A stretch of 64,000 bases of DNA from the NCBI GenBank assembly GCA_002389995.1, contig DGRR01000219.1, positions 19,103 through 83,102 on the forward strand. Reading direction: 5' to 3'. Shown one piece after another: positions 20,744-30,575 of the stretch. Made by a program: the position numbers and the translations under genes. Each line of letters begins with the position of its first letter. Position 1 is the first letter of the stretch. Origin of the DNA: Ruminococcus sp. UBA4383. GTDB lineage: Bacteria; Bacillota; Clostridia; Oscillospirales; Ruminococcaceae. Below the pieces are notes generated by a model. That model saw only the letters and a program-made list of their open reading frames with translations, did no database searches and was not told where the DNA came from.

Positions 20744-20864
20744 CAAACTGTCCGTGCCGTTTTTGTGCATATATACAAAATTTTGAAAACATGATAAAAA
20801 CTCAGCATTTTTCCGACATTTATATATATAGGAAATTATGCATAATTTTAAAGGAGAGGTACCT

Positions 20865-22016
20865 ATGAAAAAAGATGAAAAGCTAAAAACTCTTTTTGAC
20901 AGGTTTGACAATAATATTATAAATGATATTCAGACTCAGCTCGATGAAGAACTTTCAAAAAGCGACAAGGATTTCAACCCCGATAAAGTCGCTGAACTTA
21001 CCGCTCTTATCGCCAGTATAAAAGGCGGTACTCTCACCGAGGAAAGAAAACTGGACAATATCGGAAAAATAACCGATTCCGTTATGGCTGAACAGAAACG
21101 CTCACAAATCAGCAGAATCTGTAAAGTCATTTCAACTGTCTGTGCCTGTCTCGTCATAGTAATCGGTCTGAATATCTATACTATGAATACTTTCGGAGAT
21201 GATTTGTTCTCAGCTGCCATAAAAGCCGCCCAGAACGGATTTTCACTCGACTTTTCAGGAGACGGCAACGATACTCCCCCGAGTGAAGATAACCCCGTAG
21301 AAGCTCTGTCAACAACCACTGCCGCTGACTATGAGGAAGATGATACAGGTACTACCATTACCGCAGCTACCCCCGAATCCCCTGTCACCAAAACAGATAT
21401 AAATGAACAGCCCGTGACAGAAACATCAGAAAATGAAATTTTTTCAACAACAACCTGCGCTCCCGTCAACACTGATGACTCTACTACAACAGCAGAAGAA
21501 ACTGCCCCATATCACAGCGATACACAGACTGTCCCTTATGAAAGCACTTCAACAAGTACAACTCCCTGCTCCCCTGATATAACAGGTGATGAAAATACAG
21601 ATATTTCAGCTTACATAAACGATATATGCAGCAACAACAACGTTTCCGCCTGCAATATAGACAATTCCTTCATGCCTGCAATGCAGGAGGCTGAATCTGA
21701 AATAGAATACACTCAGTATTCAACGGATATTTATTTCCACTTCACCGCAGACAATGCAAGAATGGATATAATTATCGAAAATTATTACAACAAAAAAGAT
21801 ATCCCCGAAATGCTTATCCCAAGCGCAAGCATGAATTACGAAATAATAAGCATACCGTGCGGAACAGCATTTCTTTTCACCGAAAACGATATAACCACCG
21901 CTGTATTCTCGCAGGGAAGCACCGTATATACAATAACAGGTCAAAGTTCGGAAAACAGTATATCCGATATTATAAAGAACGCAGCAAAGGGATTTATTCC
22001 CGATACAGAGAATTGA
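20865..22016 (+). CDS. Probable membrane anti-sigma factor (single TM, Thr/Pro-rich stalk, DUF4367-like C-terminal domain)
   Basis: Directly after the ECF gene; ~85-aa cytoplasmic part, TM, acidic T/P linker, terminal beta-rich domain. Confidence 0.65.
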   Translation: MKKDEKLKTLFDRFDNNIINDIQTQLDEELSKSDKDFNPDKVAELTALIASIKGGTLTEERKLDNIGKITDSVMAEQKRSQISRICKVISTVCACLVIVIGLNIYTMNTFGDDLFSAAIKAAQNGFSLDFSGDGNDTPPSEDNPVEALSTTTAADYEEDDTGTTITAATPESPVTKTDINEQPVTETSENEIFSTTTCAPVNTDDSTTTAEETAPYHSDTQTVPYESTSTSTTPCSPDITGDENTDISAYINDICSNNNVSACNIDNSFMPAMQEAESEIEYTQYSTDIYFHFTADNARMDIIIENYYNKKDIPEMLIPSASMNYEIISIPCGTAFLFTENDITTAVFSQGSTVYTITGQSSENSISDIIKNAAKGFIPDTEN

Positions 22017-22026
22017 GGAAAGCTAA

Positions 22027-22806
22027 ATGAAACTAAAAAAGATTCTTTCCGCTGTCGGTATACTGTTCATATTCCTTATGAGTTTTTCGGAATTTAATGT
22101 CTTTGCACAGGAAAATACAGGTCTTATCACAAAATGCTCCCTCTCCTGCGAAGAATGCGGAAACGGCAAGCTTAAAATTTCAGCAAAAACTCAGGCTTCA
22201 GGAATTATGTCCGAAATAGGATTTGAGAATATAACTATACAGTACAGCGATGACGGACTAAACTGGTATGACGAAAAAAATATAGGCACTATGATACAAT
22301 ACAATGCAAGCCACTACTGCATTGACGGAATAACAACTGACGTTTCAGGCGGTCACCTGTACCGCATAGTCTGCACACATACCGCAACAGGAAATTTATT
22401 TATGAGCAGTGAAACTTTCACACAGACAGCCGTACATTCATCAAAATATATTTCTGCATCACAGAATGAAACTTATCATTCCGACAATAACTACGACTCA
22501 ACCACAACCGATATTCAGACAACTGTTTCAACAACTTCAACAACTTCAACAACTGCACTGTCAACAACTTCATCATATACTTCCACAAGTTTTTCAACAG
22601 TTTCAACATCTTCAACCACCGTAACCACCACCGAAATTCAACAGCAGGACAATACTTCATCTGATTCAGGAAACAAAACCAATACAAACAGGATATATGA
22701 ATATTTCGGAAACGATTCGCCTGTAACGGGAGTTACTGCACCGATAGCATCTTTATTTGCCCTTGTTATCTCGGTATTTGCTGTTGCTGAATTGAAGAAA
22801 AAATAA
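22027..22806 (+). CDS. Secreted, probably sortase-anchored surface protein
   Basis: Signal peptide, ~120-aa domain, Thr/Ser stalk, SPVTG + hydrophobic helix + KKK. Confidence 0.72.
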   Translation: MKLKKILSAVGILFIFLMSFSEFNVFAQENTGLITKCSLSCEECGNGKLKISAKTQASGIMSEIGFENITIQYSDDGLNWYDEKNIGTMIQYNASHYCIDGITTDVSGGHLYRIVCTHTATGNLFMSSETFTQTAVHSSKYISASQNETYHSDNNYDSTTTDIQTTVSTTSTTSTTALSTTSSYTSTSFSTVSTSSTTVTTTEIQQQDNTSSDSGNKTNTNRIYEYFGNDSPVTGVTAPIASLFALVISVFAVAELKKK

Positions 22807-22837
22807 AAAAACGGTCAGGATAAAACCTGACCGTTTT
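22807..22837. terminator. Bidirectional terminator
   Basis: AAAACGGTCAGG / CCTGACCGTTTT. Confidence 0.85.
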
Positions 22838-22843
22838 CAATTA

Positions 22844-23158
22844 TTATGTATCTTCTTCTGTTGTTTCTTCGGTTTCCTGAGTTTCTGATTCTGCCTCAAT
22901 GAGAGCGAGCTGATTGCAATAAGCTTCGAGTATGCGTTCTTCAAAGACTTTTCTTGAACTTGGTGAGATAGGGTGAACTATATCACGGAAAACGCCGTTT
23001 TCATCTTTACGGCTCGGCATAGCAACGAAAAGTCTTTCATCTCCCTGAACAACCTTGATGTCATGCACTGCGAGCATATCATCAACGGTCACGGACACAA
23101 CAGCTCTAAGTCTGCCATCGGACATAATTTTTCTGATTTTTACATCTGTGATTTCCAT
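22844..23158 (-). CDS. spoVG: SpoVG nucleic-acid-binding regulator
   Basis: MEITDVKIR, VHDIKVV, LFVAMPSRK, FRDIVHPI. Confidence 0.96.
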   Translation of the reverse strand: MEITDVKIRKIMSDGRLRAVVSVTVDDMLAVHDIKVVQGDERLFVAMPSRKDENGVFRDIVHPISPSSRKVFEERILEAYCNQLALIEAESETQETEETTEEDT

Positions 23159-23277
23159 TTATTTTACCTCCTTAGATATCCGCTTTTGAGAGCGGAATGT
23201 GCTGATTCGCCTTTGAACCGGCACACACGGGGATTTTGTCAAAAGTATTCCCATGAGCTGTAATGTCATTGATTAAC

Positions 23278-23306
23278 ATTATAACGCATAATTCTAAAAA
23301 AATCAA
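23278..23306 (-). promoter_or_regulatory. Sigma-A promoter of spoVG, giving a leader of about 110 nt
   Basis: TTGATT-17 nt-TATAAT. Confidence 0.7.
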
Positions 23307-23386
23307 GTGATTTTGATAAATTTAAAAAAATTTTTTTATTACAGGCTATACTTTTACGTTATTTGTTTTAACTATAAAGGTGTATT

Positions 23387-23426
23387 AAAACTGCCGTCCC
23401 CCCGCAAATGGCGAAAGGACGGCAGA
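23387..23426 (-). terminator. Terminator after xylB
   Basis: CTGCCGTCC / GGACGGCAG stem with T-tract on the minus strand. Confidence 0.75.
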
Positions 23427-23468
23427 TTTCCGTTTTTTGGCTATATCCCGTTGTTTTGGTAGGAGATA

Positions 23469-24992
23469 TTATATTTTTGCAAGCTCTGCGAACTGTTTTT
23501 TAAGTGCAGGATATATTTCCCTGTAAAGCTGATAATATTTTTCATATTCGGGAACATTTTCGGGAGCAGGCTTCTGAATCCTGTCAGTCTTTACGATTTC
23601 CTTGCAGGCTTCGGGGACGCTTGAATATATACCTGCTCCCACGCTTGCAAGTATCGCCACGCCCAGCGCAGGACCTTCCTTTGAAGAAGATGTTTTAACA
23701 TCGCAGTTGTACAAATCCGCAAGCATACTCCTCCATAAAGGTGATGAGCCTCCGCCTCCGCAAGCCATCATATCATTTACATTAATATTCATCTCTCTGA
23801 ATACTTCAATGCAGTCTCTCAGTGAATACGCTACGCCCTCCATTACTGCACGGAGCATATCTCTCCTTGTATGAATGGCTGAAAGTCCGAAAAATACTCC
23901 TCTTGCATCAGGGTCAAGATGAGGAGTTCTCTCTCCCATGAGATATGGCAGATATAAAAGCCTGTTCGCTCCCACGGGAACGTTTTCAGCCTGTTTGTCC
24001 ATGAGATAATATTCATCAACGCCCATAAGCTTTGCAGTTTCCTTTTCGGTCATGCAGAAATTATCCCTGAACCATTTAAGTGAAAGTCCTGCGCCCTGAG
24101 TAACTCCCATAACGTGCCATGTATTCGGAACGGCTGCACAGCAGGTATGTACTCTGCCTTTTTTATCAATGGATATTTTTGAAGTATGTGCGAATACAAC
24201 TCCTGATGTTCCGATAGTAGTGAAAGCCTTTCCGTCCTCACATACACCTGTACCAAGTGCGGCGGCGGCATTGTCTCCTGCACCGCCGACAACTATTGTA
24301 TTTTCGCAGAGATTAAGTTCATCAGCCATATTCTTTGTGAGAGTGCCTGTAATTTCACAGGATTCATAAACTTTGCCGAGCCATGATTTGTCTATCTCAA
24401 AGGCTGAGAGAAGTTCATCAGACCATTTTCTGTTGGGAACATCAAGAATCTGCATACCTGATGCATCTGAGACTTCTGTTGCATATTCGCCTGTAAGAAT
24501 AAATCTAAGATAATCTTTCGGGAGAAGTATATGCTTTACCTTTGAATATATTTCAGGCTCATTATTTTTAACCCATAATATTTTTGATGCCGTCCAGCCT
24601 GTAAGCGCAGGATTCGCAGTAATTTCGACAAGCCTTTCCTGTCCGACAGTTTCATTCATATATCTGACTTCATTTGCAGTTCTCTGGTCACACCATATAA
24701 TTGAACGTCTAAGGACATTGTTATCCTTGTCGAGCATGACAAGACCATGCATCTGACCTGAAATTCCTATGCCTTTTATATCCTCTTTTTTAACTCCGCT
24801 TTCCGAGACAACAGCCTTTATTGTGTTAATCATAGCATCAGCCCAGTCTTTCGGATCCTGTTCGGCATAGCCGTTTTTGGGCTGATACATGGGATATTCG
24901 ATAGTTTCCGAGGATATAACATTACCTCTCTCGTCAAAAAGAACTGTTTTAGTACCGCTTGTACCGCAGTCCACGCCTATAACATACGCCAT
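23469..24992 (-). CDS. xylB: Xylulokinase
   Basis: IGVDCGTSGTK, ISGQMHG, WCDQR, GAGDNAA, YLMGERTP; same locus as xylA. Confidence 0.95.
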   Translation of the reverse strand: MAYVIGVDCGTSGTKTVLFDERGNVISSETIEYPMYQPKNGYAEQDPKDWADAMINTIKAVVSESGVKKEDIKGIGISGQMHGLVMLDKDNNVLRRSIIWCDQRTANEVRYMNETVGQERLVEITANPALTGWTASKILWVKNNEPEIYSKVKHILLPKDYLRFILTGEYATEVSDASGMQILDVPNRKWSDELLSAFEIDKSWLGKVYESCEITGTLTKNMADELNLCENTIVVGGAGDNAAAALGTGVCEDGKAFTTIGTSGVVFAHTSKISIDKKGRVHTCCAAVPNTWHVMGVTQGAGLSLKWFRDNFCMTEKETAKLMGVDEYYLMDKQAENVPVGANRLLYLPYLMGERTPHLDPDARGVFFGLSAIHTRRDMLRAVMEGVAYSLRDCIEVFREMNINVNDMMACGGGGSSPLWRSMLADLYNCDVKTSSSKEGPALGVAILASVGAGIYSSVPEACKEIVKTDRIQKPAPENVPEYEKYYQLYREIYPALKKQFAELAKI

Positions 24993-25004
24993 AAAAAAAC
25001 TCCT

Positions 25005-25478
25005 TTATTTATTTCTTGATTTTGCAGTAAATTCGCAGACGGTAACTTTTATTATCTCAACTGCTGATGTCATTCTGCTGTCAATATCAAAATCACGGTC
25101 TGTCTGATTTTTCATCAATAGTTTAAGACCCTTTATTTTTTCCTGCTCATCGCTGACAATTTCCGCATTTCCGTACCCTATAAATGAACTGTACAGAGAA
25201 CCATATCTGCAAGGAACATCTCCGCCTGAAACAATTTCCGCATCACATTCCAGTTCAATGCATACATTCGGGTTATTCCTTATAAGTTCAAGTTTTTTGC
25301 CTTCTCCTGCACAGTGCATAAAGAAAACAAATTTTCCGTCTGTAAATTCATAGCCGTAATGCAGAGGGACAATATAGGGATAAACCTTGTCAAAAAGTCC
25401 GAGGTGAAGTATTTTTGCCCTGCTGACTATATTAATAATATCTTCTGTATCTTTAATTTCCCTGTCTTTTCTTCTCAT
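25005..25478 (-). CDS. Pyridoxamine 5'-phosphate oxidase-like (NimA-like) flavin-binding protein
   Basis: MRRKDREI start, YPYIVPL, HCAGEGKK, NPNVC. Confidence 0.85.
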   Translation of the reverse strand: MRRKDREIKDTEDIINIVSRAKILHLGLFDKVYPYIVPLHYGYEFTDGKFVFFMHCAGEGKKLELIRNNPNVCIELECDAEIVSGGDVPCRYGSLYSSFIGYGNAEIVSDEQEKIKGLKLLMKNQTDRDFDIDSRMTSAVEIIKVTVCEFTAKSRNK

Positions 25479-25512
25479 TATGATTCCTTTTCCTCGTAAA
25501 GCCTTTAAACGG

Positions 25513-26130
25513 TTATCTGATAAAATGTGTACCCTGCCACGGTTCTTTTTCAGGGAGACCATATTTTTCCCTGCCCAGAGCGATAGACTTCATAAGAAAC
25601 GCCATATTTCTCGCAAGAACTCTCATAGTCTGCAAACCTTCGGCATCTTGTTCAGCCTCGCCCTTATTTCTGCCGTGTACGCTGTTCCAGTACTGACTTG
25701 ATGCAACAGGCATACCGCAGATTGTAAAATATTTGTTCAGTTCATCAAAGGTGGACGAACAGCCCCCACGCCTTGCAACTGCCACGCTTGCGCCTACTTT
25801 CATAGTCTTGTCGAAAGATGTACTGTAAAATAATCTGTCGAGAAATGAAATTATTGTACCGTTCGCAGATGCATAATATACGGGTGATGCCACGATAAGA
25901 CCGTCAGCCTTTTCAAATTTTTCAGCAATTTCATTCACTTCATCACTGAATACGCATTTTCCGATTTCCGCACACTTATTGCAGGCTATACAGCCCCTTA
26001 TATTTTTACCGCCTATCTGACAGACTTCTGTCTCTATATCCTGTTCGCTGAATATCTTTACAATCTCGTTGATTGCAAGAGATGTATTTCCGTCATGTCT
26101 TGGGCTTCCGTTTATTATGATTACTTTCAT
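25513..26130 (-). CDS. Iron-sulfur flavoprotein / NADPH-dependent FMN reductase family
   Basis: NGSPR..GNT, CIACNKC..C, ASPVYY, SSQYWN. Confidence 0.88.
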   Translation of the reverse strand: MKVIIINGSPRHDGNTSLAINEIVKIFSEQDIETEVCQIGGKNIRGCIACNKCAEIGKCVFSDEVNEIAEKFEKADGLIVASPVYYASANGTIISFLDRLFYSTSFDKTMKVGASVAVARRGGCSSTFDELNKYFTICGMPVASSQYWNSVHGRNKGEAEQDAEGLQTMRVLARNMAFLMKSIALGREKYGLPEKEPWQGTHFIR

Positions 26131-27068
26131 TGAAATTCCTCCTTATGGTTATGTTCCCTGAAATATAACACGAAATATATTATATTTAAAATTATAAACA
26201 GACTTACCGAAATAATGCCTATTTTCATTCCGCTTTGAAGTGTAAGATTCCACCAGAAGAAAAATATCCCGACTGTAAGCCTTGATTTATCCGTAAGGGA
26301 AACAAGTGCTTTCCTGTCTGATTTTACAGCCTTTACCGATATGATTTCGATAACCGCAAGAATAACAAATAATACCGCCTGCGGTATCAGCAGATAATGC
26401 TTGTCAAGGTATCTGTCAAGATTTGCAAAATATGCAAGCCCGTAATAATCCTCATTGAAATAGAGTTCTTCATCTGCGGGGAATCTGTCCCAGCACCAGA
26501 AAAGTATAAATGCCTCGCCTGCCGTTATCATATATGTGATAATTCGGCTTAACCTGTGGAAAGCCTGCGGATTTTTCTCTTTTTTTGATTTTATTTTATG
26601 CTTTCTCCGCAGAACAGTTCCGCATAAATTTATGACAAAAATGACAGCAAGGAATATTTTTGCAAAATTCATCTGCAAATCAATATCAAGCGGTATCTGC
26701 AACGATACCGAATATGACCATACAGCAAAAAATGTACACCAGAACATTCCGAAAAAATCCAGTGCCATACACATTTCAGTCCTGAAAATCTTTTCGCCCT
26801 GCTCCGTAAGTTTAAGACCTGTTTTCACTTTTAATATGAAATGATTTGCAACAGCAGCTATTGTCAGCATTATACCGCTGACTATATGCGGATAAAAGCC
26901 GTAAAATTTCGAGGCAACAACGTCAAACTGTCCGTCATAAGAAAAATGCATACCTATTTCTTCGGGCAGACTGCTCCATTTTGTAAGATAAAATATAAGG
27001 CTTCCGAAAAGTATTAATATATTCAGGGAAAACAATATCCTGTGTATTATTGTAAATGTTTTATTCAA
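26127..27068 (-). CDS. Multi-pass membrane protein (DUF1648-like, internally duplicated)
   Basis: WSSLPEEIGMHF..DGQFD motif and a second WDRFP..motif; about 8 TM segments; TTG start. Confidence 0.7.
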   Translation of the reverse strand: MNKTFTIIHRILFSLNILILFGSLIFYLTKWSSLPEEIGMHFSYDGQFDVVASKFYGFYPHIVSGIMLTIAAVANHFILKVKTGLKLTEQGEKIFRTEMCMALDFFGMFWCTFFAVWSYSVSLQIPLDIDLQMNFAKIFLAVIFVINLCGTVLRRKHKIKSKKEKNPQAFHRLSRIITYMITAGEAFILFWCWDRFPADEELYFNEDYYGLAYFANLDRYLDKHYLLIPQAVLFVILAVIEIISVKAVKSDRKALVSLTDKSRLTVGIFFFWWNLTLQSGMKIGIISVSLFIILNIIYFVLYFREHNHKEEFQ

Positions 27069-27084
27069 ATCCCCGCCCCCACTA

Positions 27085-27131
27085 TAAAAACATTCGGAAT
27101 ATCCCTGTGCAGAGATATCCCGAACATTTTA
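27085..27131 (-). terminator. Stem-loop with U-tract after xylA
   Basis: Minus strand ATGTTCGGGATATCTC...GGGATATTCCGAATGT-TTTT. Confidence 0.75.
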
Positions 27132-27137
27132 AAATCA

Positions 27138-28460
27138 TTAAAGGCTGAACATGATATTATTTATGATAGATTCAAGCATTTCCTGTCTGCCGCTTGAAAG
27201 TGAATCTGTAACCTCACCTTTTTCGAGGGCATATTTTTCAAGTTCCTCAAATCCGACTTTTCCGTCAATAATATCCTTGCCTATGCCTGTATTCCATGAA
27301 GAATATCTTTCAGCAACGAAATTGTCAATTCTTCCGTCATCAATCATTTTCTGAGCGATTCTCAGACCAAGTGCGAATGTATCCATACCTGCGATATAGC
27401 TGTAAAAAATATCTTCGGGAGTATATGAGCCACGTCTTGCCTTTGAATCGAAATTAAGTCCGCCGTTGGTGAATCCGCCTGCTTTAAGGACTTCATACAT
27501 ACAAAGTGCCGCATCATAGATATTTGTCGGGAACTGGTCAGTATCCCAGCCGAGAAGCGGGTCGCCCTGATTTGCGTCAATTGAACCGAAAAATCCGTTA
27601 TCCCTTGCAACTCTGAGTTCATGCTGGAAAGTATGCTGTGCAAGAGTTGCATGGTTAGCCTCAATATTCATCTTGAAATCCTTTTCAAGACCGTATTTTC
27701 TGAGGAATCCGAGAACGGTTGCGGTATCGAAATCGTACTGATGTTTTGTAGGCTCTTTGGGTTTTGGTTCGATATAGAAATCGCCCGTATAGCCTATTGA
27801 ACGGGCATACTTGACAGCCATTTTCATAAGGCGTGCCATATTGTCGAGTTCAAGACCCATATTTGTATTGAGGAGAGTTTCGTATCCTTCTCTGCCTCCC
27901 CAGAATACATAGCCGTTTCCGCCAAGTTTTACAGTAGCTTCGATAGCTTTTTTAATCTGTGCGGCAGCGTATGCGAAAACATCTGCGGAGGGAGATGTAC
28001 CTGCACCGTGCATATAACGAGGGTGGTCAAAGCATTTTGCAGTACCCCAGAGGCATTTCATACCTGTTTCCTTTTGTTTCTGTGCGATGTAGTCGGTGAT
28101 TTCGTCAAGTTTTGCATTAGTTTCTGCGAGATTTCCATATTCGGGAGAGAGGTCACGGTCATGGAAACAGAAATACTCAATTGAAAGCTTGTCCATTATC
28201 TCGAAAGCGGCATCGACTTTTGCCTTTGCTCTTGCGACAGGGTCGGACTGTCCCCATGTCTTGTCGGCAGTACCCACACCGAACATATCAGTGCCGTCAC
28301 CGCCCATTGTGTGCCACCATGAAAGTGCAAATTTAAGCTGTTCCTTCATAGTTTTACCGCCGATTACCTCATCGGGGTTGTAGTACTTGAACGCCAGAGG
28401 GTTTTGGGAGTTCTTTCCTTCGTACTGGATTTTTCCGATTTTTTCAAAAAATTCGCTCAT
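27138..28460 (-). CDS. xylA: Xylose isomerase (class II)
   Basis: [42 protein letters not shown]. Confidence 0.98.
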   Translation of the reverse strand: MSEFFEKIGKIQYEGKNSQNPLAFKYYNPDEVIGGKTMKEQLKFALSWWHTMGGDGTDMFGVGTADKTWGQSDPVARAKAKVDAAFEIMDKLSIEYFCFHDRDLSPEYGNLAETNAKLDEITDYIAQKQKETGMKCLWGTAKCFDHPRYMHGAGTSPSADVFAYAAAQIKKAIEATVKLGGNGYVFWGGREGYETLLNTNMGLELDNMARLMKMAVKYARSIGYTGDFYIEPKPKEPTKHQYDFDTATVLGFLRKYGLEKDFKMNIEANHATLAQHTFQHELRVARDNGFFGSIDANQGDPLLGWDTDQFPTNIYDAALCMYEVLKAGGFTNGGLNFDSKARRGSYTPEDIFYSYIAGMDTFALGLRIAQKMIDDGRIDNFVAERYSSWNTGIGKDIIDGKVGFEELEKYALEKGEVTDSLSSGRQEMLESIINNIMFSL

Positions 28461-28502
28461 AATAACCTCCTAAGTTATTAATTATATATAAACCTTTTCA
28501 AG

Positions 28503-28556
28503 GCTTATTTCTAAAACTCACAAGCTAATTATAACATATAAAACTTATTCGGTCAA
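28503..28556 (-). promoter_or_regulatory. xylA promoter with a putative repressor operator
   Basis: TTGACC-17 nt-TATAAT (28556-28528); imperfect 23-bp palindrome GCTTATTTCTAAAACTCACAAGC (28503-28525) over the inferred start site, ROK/XylR-like spacing. Confidence 0.55.
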
Positions 28557-28612
28557 GCATAAATAACAAAAATTAATCATATCCGCATTAAATAATATAA
28601 AATTTATAAAAC

Positions 28613-28642
28613 AAAAAGGAACTGAATGTCAGTTCCTTTTTT
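28613..28642. terminator. Terminator
   Basis: AAAAGGAACTGA / TCAGTTCCTTTT. Confidence 0.8.
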
Positions 28643-28647
28643 AATCA

Positions 28648-29841
28648 TCATGTTTCGAGGAGGTCAGTGGAAAGTTTTCTTGATGTAACATCGAAATAGT
28701 TTTCAAGTTCTGCAACATAGTATCTGAAACAGATTTTTCCGTTATACAGCATTACATCACCTGATTCTGAAACTCCGAGGTCAGCAAGGTCGCTGTCGGA
28801 AAGTTCACTCAGAAGCATGGAATTTTTAAGAGTGATATAGAAATTACTGAGCCACTCTGTACTCATATCTTTAAGGTAGAGTTTTTCGCCGTCTGCGAGG
28901 GGATATTCCTCAAGGGTTCTCTCTGTCGGTTCTTTGATATAGTAGTCTCCCATGGAATCTCTTGCAATGTTGAAAATTGCGAGCTGTTCGTCTGTGAGGG
29001 TACTCAGCGGTATGGGGTCAACATCTGAGGCTGTAAGACCGAGCTTGAATTTATCTTCTGTTTCTATATCCGAAAGCTGGAGTCTGTCATTGAATGTATG
29101 ACCGAACTTAGCAAGATTTTCGTCACTGGGGTGTATGGCGATATTGTCGGAAATATCGTCAAGCTGTTTGGTTATATCACTTCTTGACATTGTAGTCCAC
29201 TGGATATCTATATTTTCGCATATAGGTCTTTCCTGATATACAATCCGTTCCATATTTTTGAGTGTGAAAGTAGCGAAAGGATATACAACATCTGCATAGT
29301 TCGGTTCAACGTATACGGCTGTACTTCCGTTTGAAGTATCTTCGGTATTCACAACTCTGTATCTGTAAAGACCTGTTGGAGAAACACCGCTTTCGACTTC
29401 ATGCTGTACTGCTGATGATACAAAGAACGATGTAAACAGAAAATATCCGAGCGCACCGAATATATACAAAAGCAGTATTATTGTACCGAATGCCGTTTTA
29501 GCACCTTCTCCCGCACCCGAAAGCAACAGGATTACAACACCCGTGACGATTATGGGGATTATCATTTCCCACTCACCGAAATACAGAAGCACCACGGGCA
29601 GCATAAGCGGCAATATCAGGAAACTGCATATTCGTGTAATAATCTGATGCCTTGTATAGAGCATATTGACAAGGGCAAGGACTGATACTACAATTGCGAT
29701 AATCATAAGATTCACCCGTGAGGGAATATGTATCTTATAGAATACAGAATAATAGCAGAGAGAGCCGACTATAAATGTATACAGCAGGCTGAGCAGTGCA
29801 AAAACTCTTTTTGTCCATATATTTGCAAAAAAACTTTTCAT
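28648..29841 (-). CDS. Hypothetical membrane protein (about 5 TM plus extracytoplasmic domain with short helical repeats)
   Basis: Long ORF with GGAGG RBS, hydrophobic N-terminal third; no family recognised. Confidence 0.75.
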   Translation of the reverse strand: MKSFFANIWTKRVFALLSLLYTFIVGSLCYYSVFYKIHIPSRVNLMIIAIVVSVLALVNMLYTRHQIITRICSFLILPLMLPVVLLYFGEWEMIIPIIVTGVVILLLSGAGEGAKTAFGTIILLLYIFGALGYFLFTSFFVSSAVQHEVESGVSPTGLYRYRVVNTEDTSNGSTAVYVEPNYADVVYPFATFTLKNMERIVYQERPICENIDIQWTTMSRSDITKQLDDISDNIAIHPSDENLAKFGHTFNDRLQLSDIETEDKFKLGLTASDVDPIPLSTLTDEQLAIFNIARDSMGDYYIKEPTERTLEEYPLADGEKLYLKDMSTEWLSNFYITLKNSMLLSELSDSDLADLGVSESGDVMLYNGKICFRYYVAELENYFDVTSRKLSTDLLET

Positions 29842-29939
29842 TTCTACCTCCGAAATAAATACAGGTTTTAAGTCCGCATAAATCTATTATATCATTTTTA
29901 AAGTAATAATACAAGATGTTTTTAAAATTTTTTCGGTTA

Positions 29940-30001
29940 TTTGGTTACTATTTGGTTACAGTTTTTCAACACTTTACAAATCTGAATATATATGTTATAA
30001 T
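29940..30001 (+). promoter_or_regulatory. vanZ-like gene promoter with upstream direct repeat
   Basis: TTTACA-17 nt-TATAAT; TTTGGTTAC twice at 11-bp period (29940-29959). Confidence 0.55.
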
Positions 30002-30059
30002 TACAGTATTGACTGAATATAAGAAAATATTAAAATTATAATTAAAAAAGGGGATTCAC

Positions 30060-30563
30060 ATGGCAGGTTATTTCAGAAATATTTCGGTAATGCGAAAAAT
30101 ATTCATTCTTCTTGCGCTGGCAGTCATGGTTATAATCTTTTGTTTTTCAAGCGAAAATTCATCACAGTCATCTCTCACAAGCAGAGGCATAACGAAATAT
30201 CTTGTTTCAATATTCGTCCCTGACCTTGAATGGCATACATGGGCTGAACAGAAGGAAATAATGAACACTGCCACTCATATTGTACGCAAATGCGCCCATT
30301 TCAGCATATATGCACTTCTCGGATTCTTTACAGGTCTTTCCATGGGCAAGGGGAAATTTTTAAGCTTAAATTCTGTAATCTCGCTTGATTTGTGTTTTCT
30401 CTATGCCTGCTCCGACGAAATGCATCAGCTTTTTATATCAGGGCGTTCAGGGGAATTTACTGATATTATCATAGATACTTGCGGCAGTTGTACGGGAATT
30501 ATAATATCTGTCCTTATATACAGGCTGTTTTGCAGGATATTCAAAAAAGAGCTGTCACAATGA
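30060..30563 (+). CDS. VanZ family membrane protein
   Basis: IFCFSS, RKCAHFSIY, YACSDEMHQLFISGRSG..DIIID. Confidence 0.9.
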   Translation: MAGYFRNISVMRKIFILLALAVMVIIFCFSSENSSQSSLTSRGITKYLVSIFVPDLEWHTWAEQKEIMNTATHIVRKCAHFSIYALLGFFTGLSMGKGKFLSLNSVISLDLCFLYACSDEMHQLFISGRSGEFTDIIIDTCGSCTGIIISVLIYRLFCRIFKKELSQ

Positions 30564-30573
30564 CAGCTCTTTG
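30545..30573. terminator. Bidirectional terminator
   Basis: AAAGAGCTGTCA / TGACAGCTCTTT. Confidence 0.8.
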
Positions 30574-30575
30574 AT

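Noticed and set aside
30060-30563. vanZ as a sign of a glycopeptide resistance cluster
   Set aside because: No vanHAX or vanRS nearby; lone VanZ-family genes are common.
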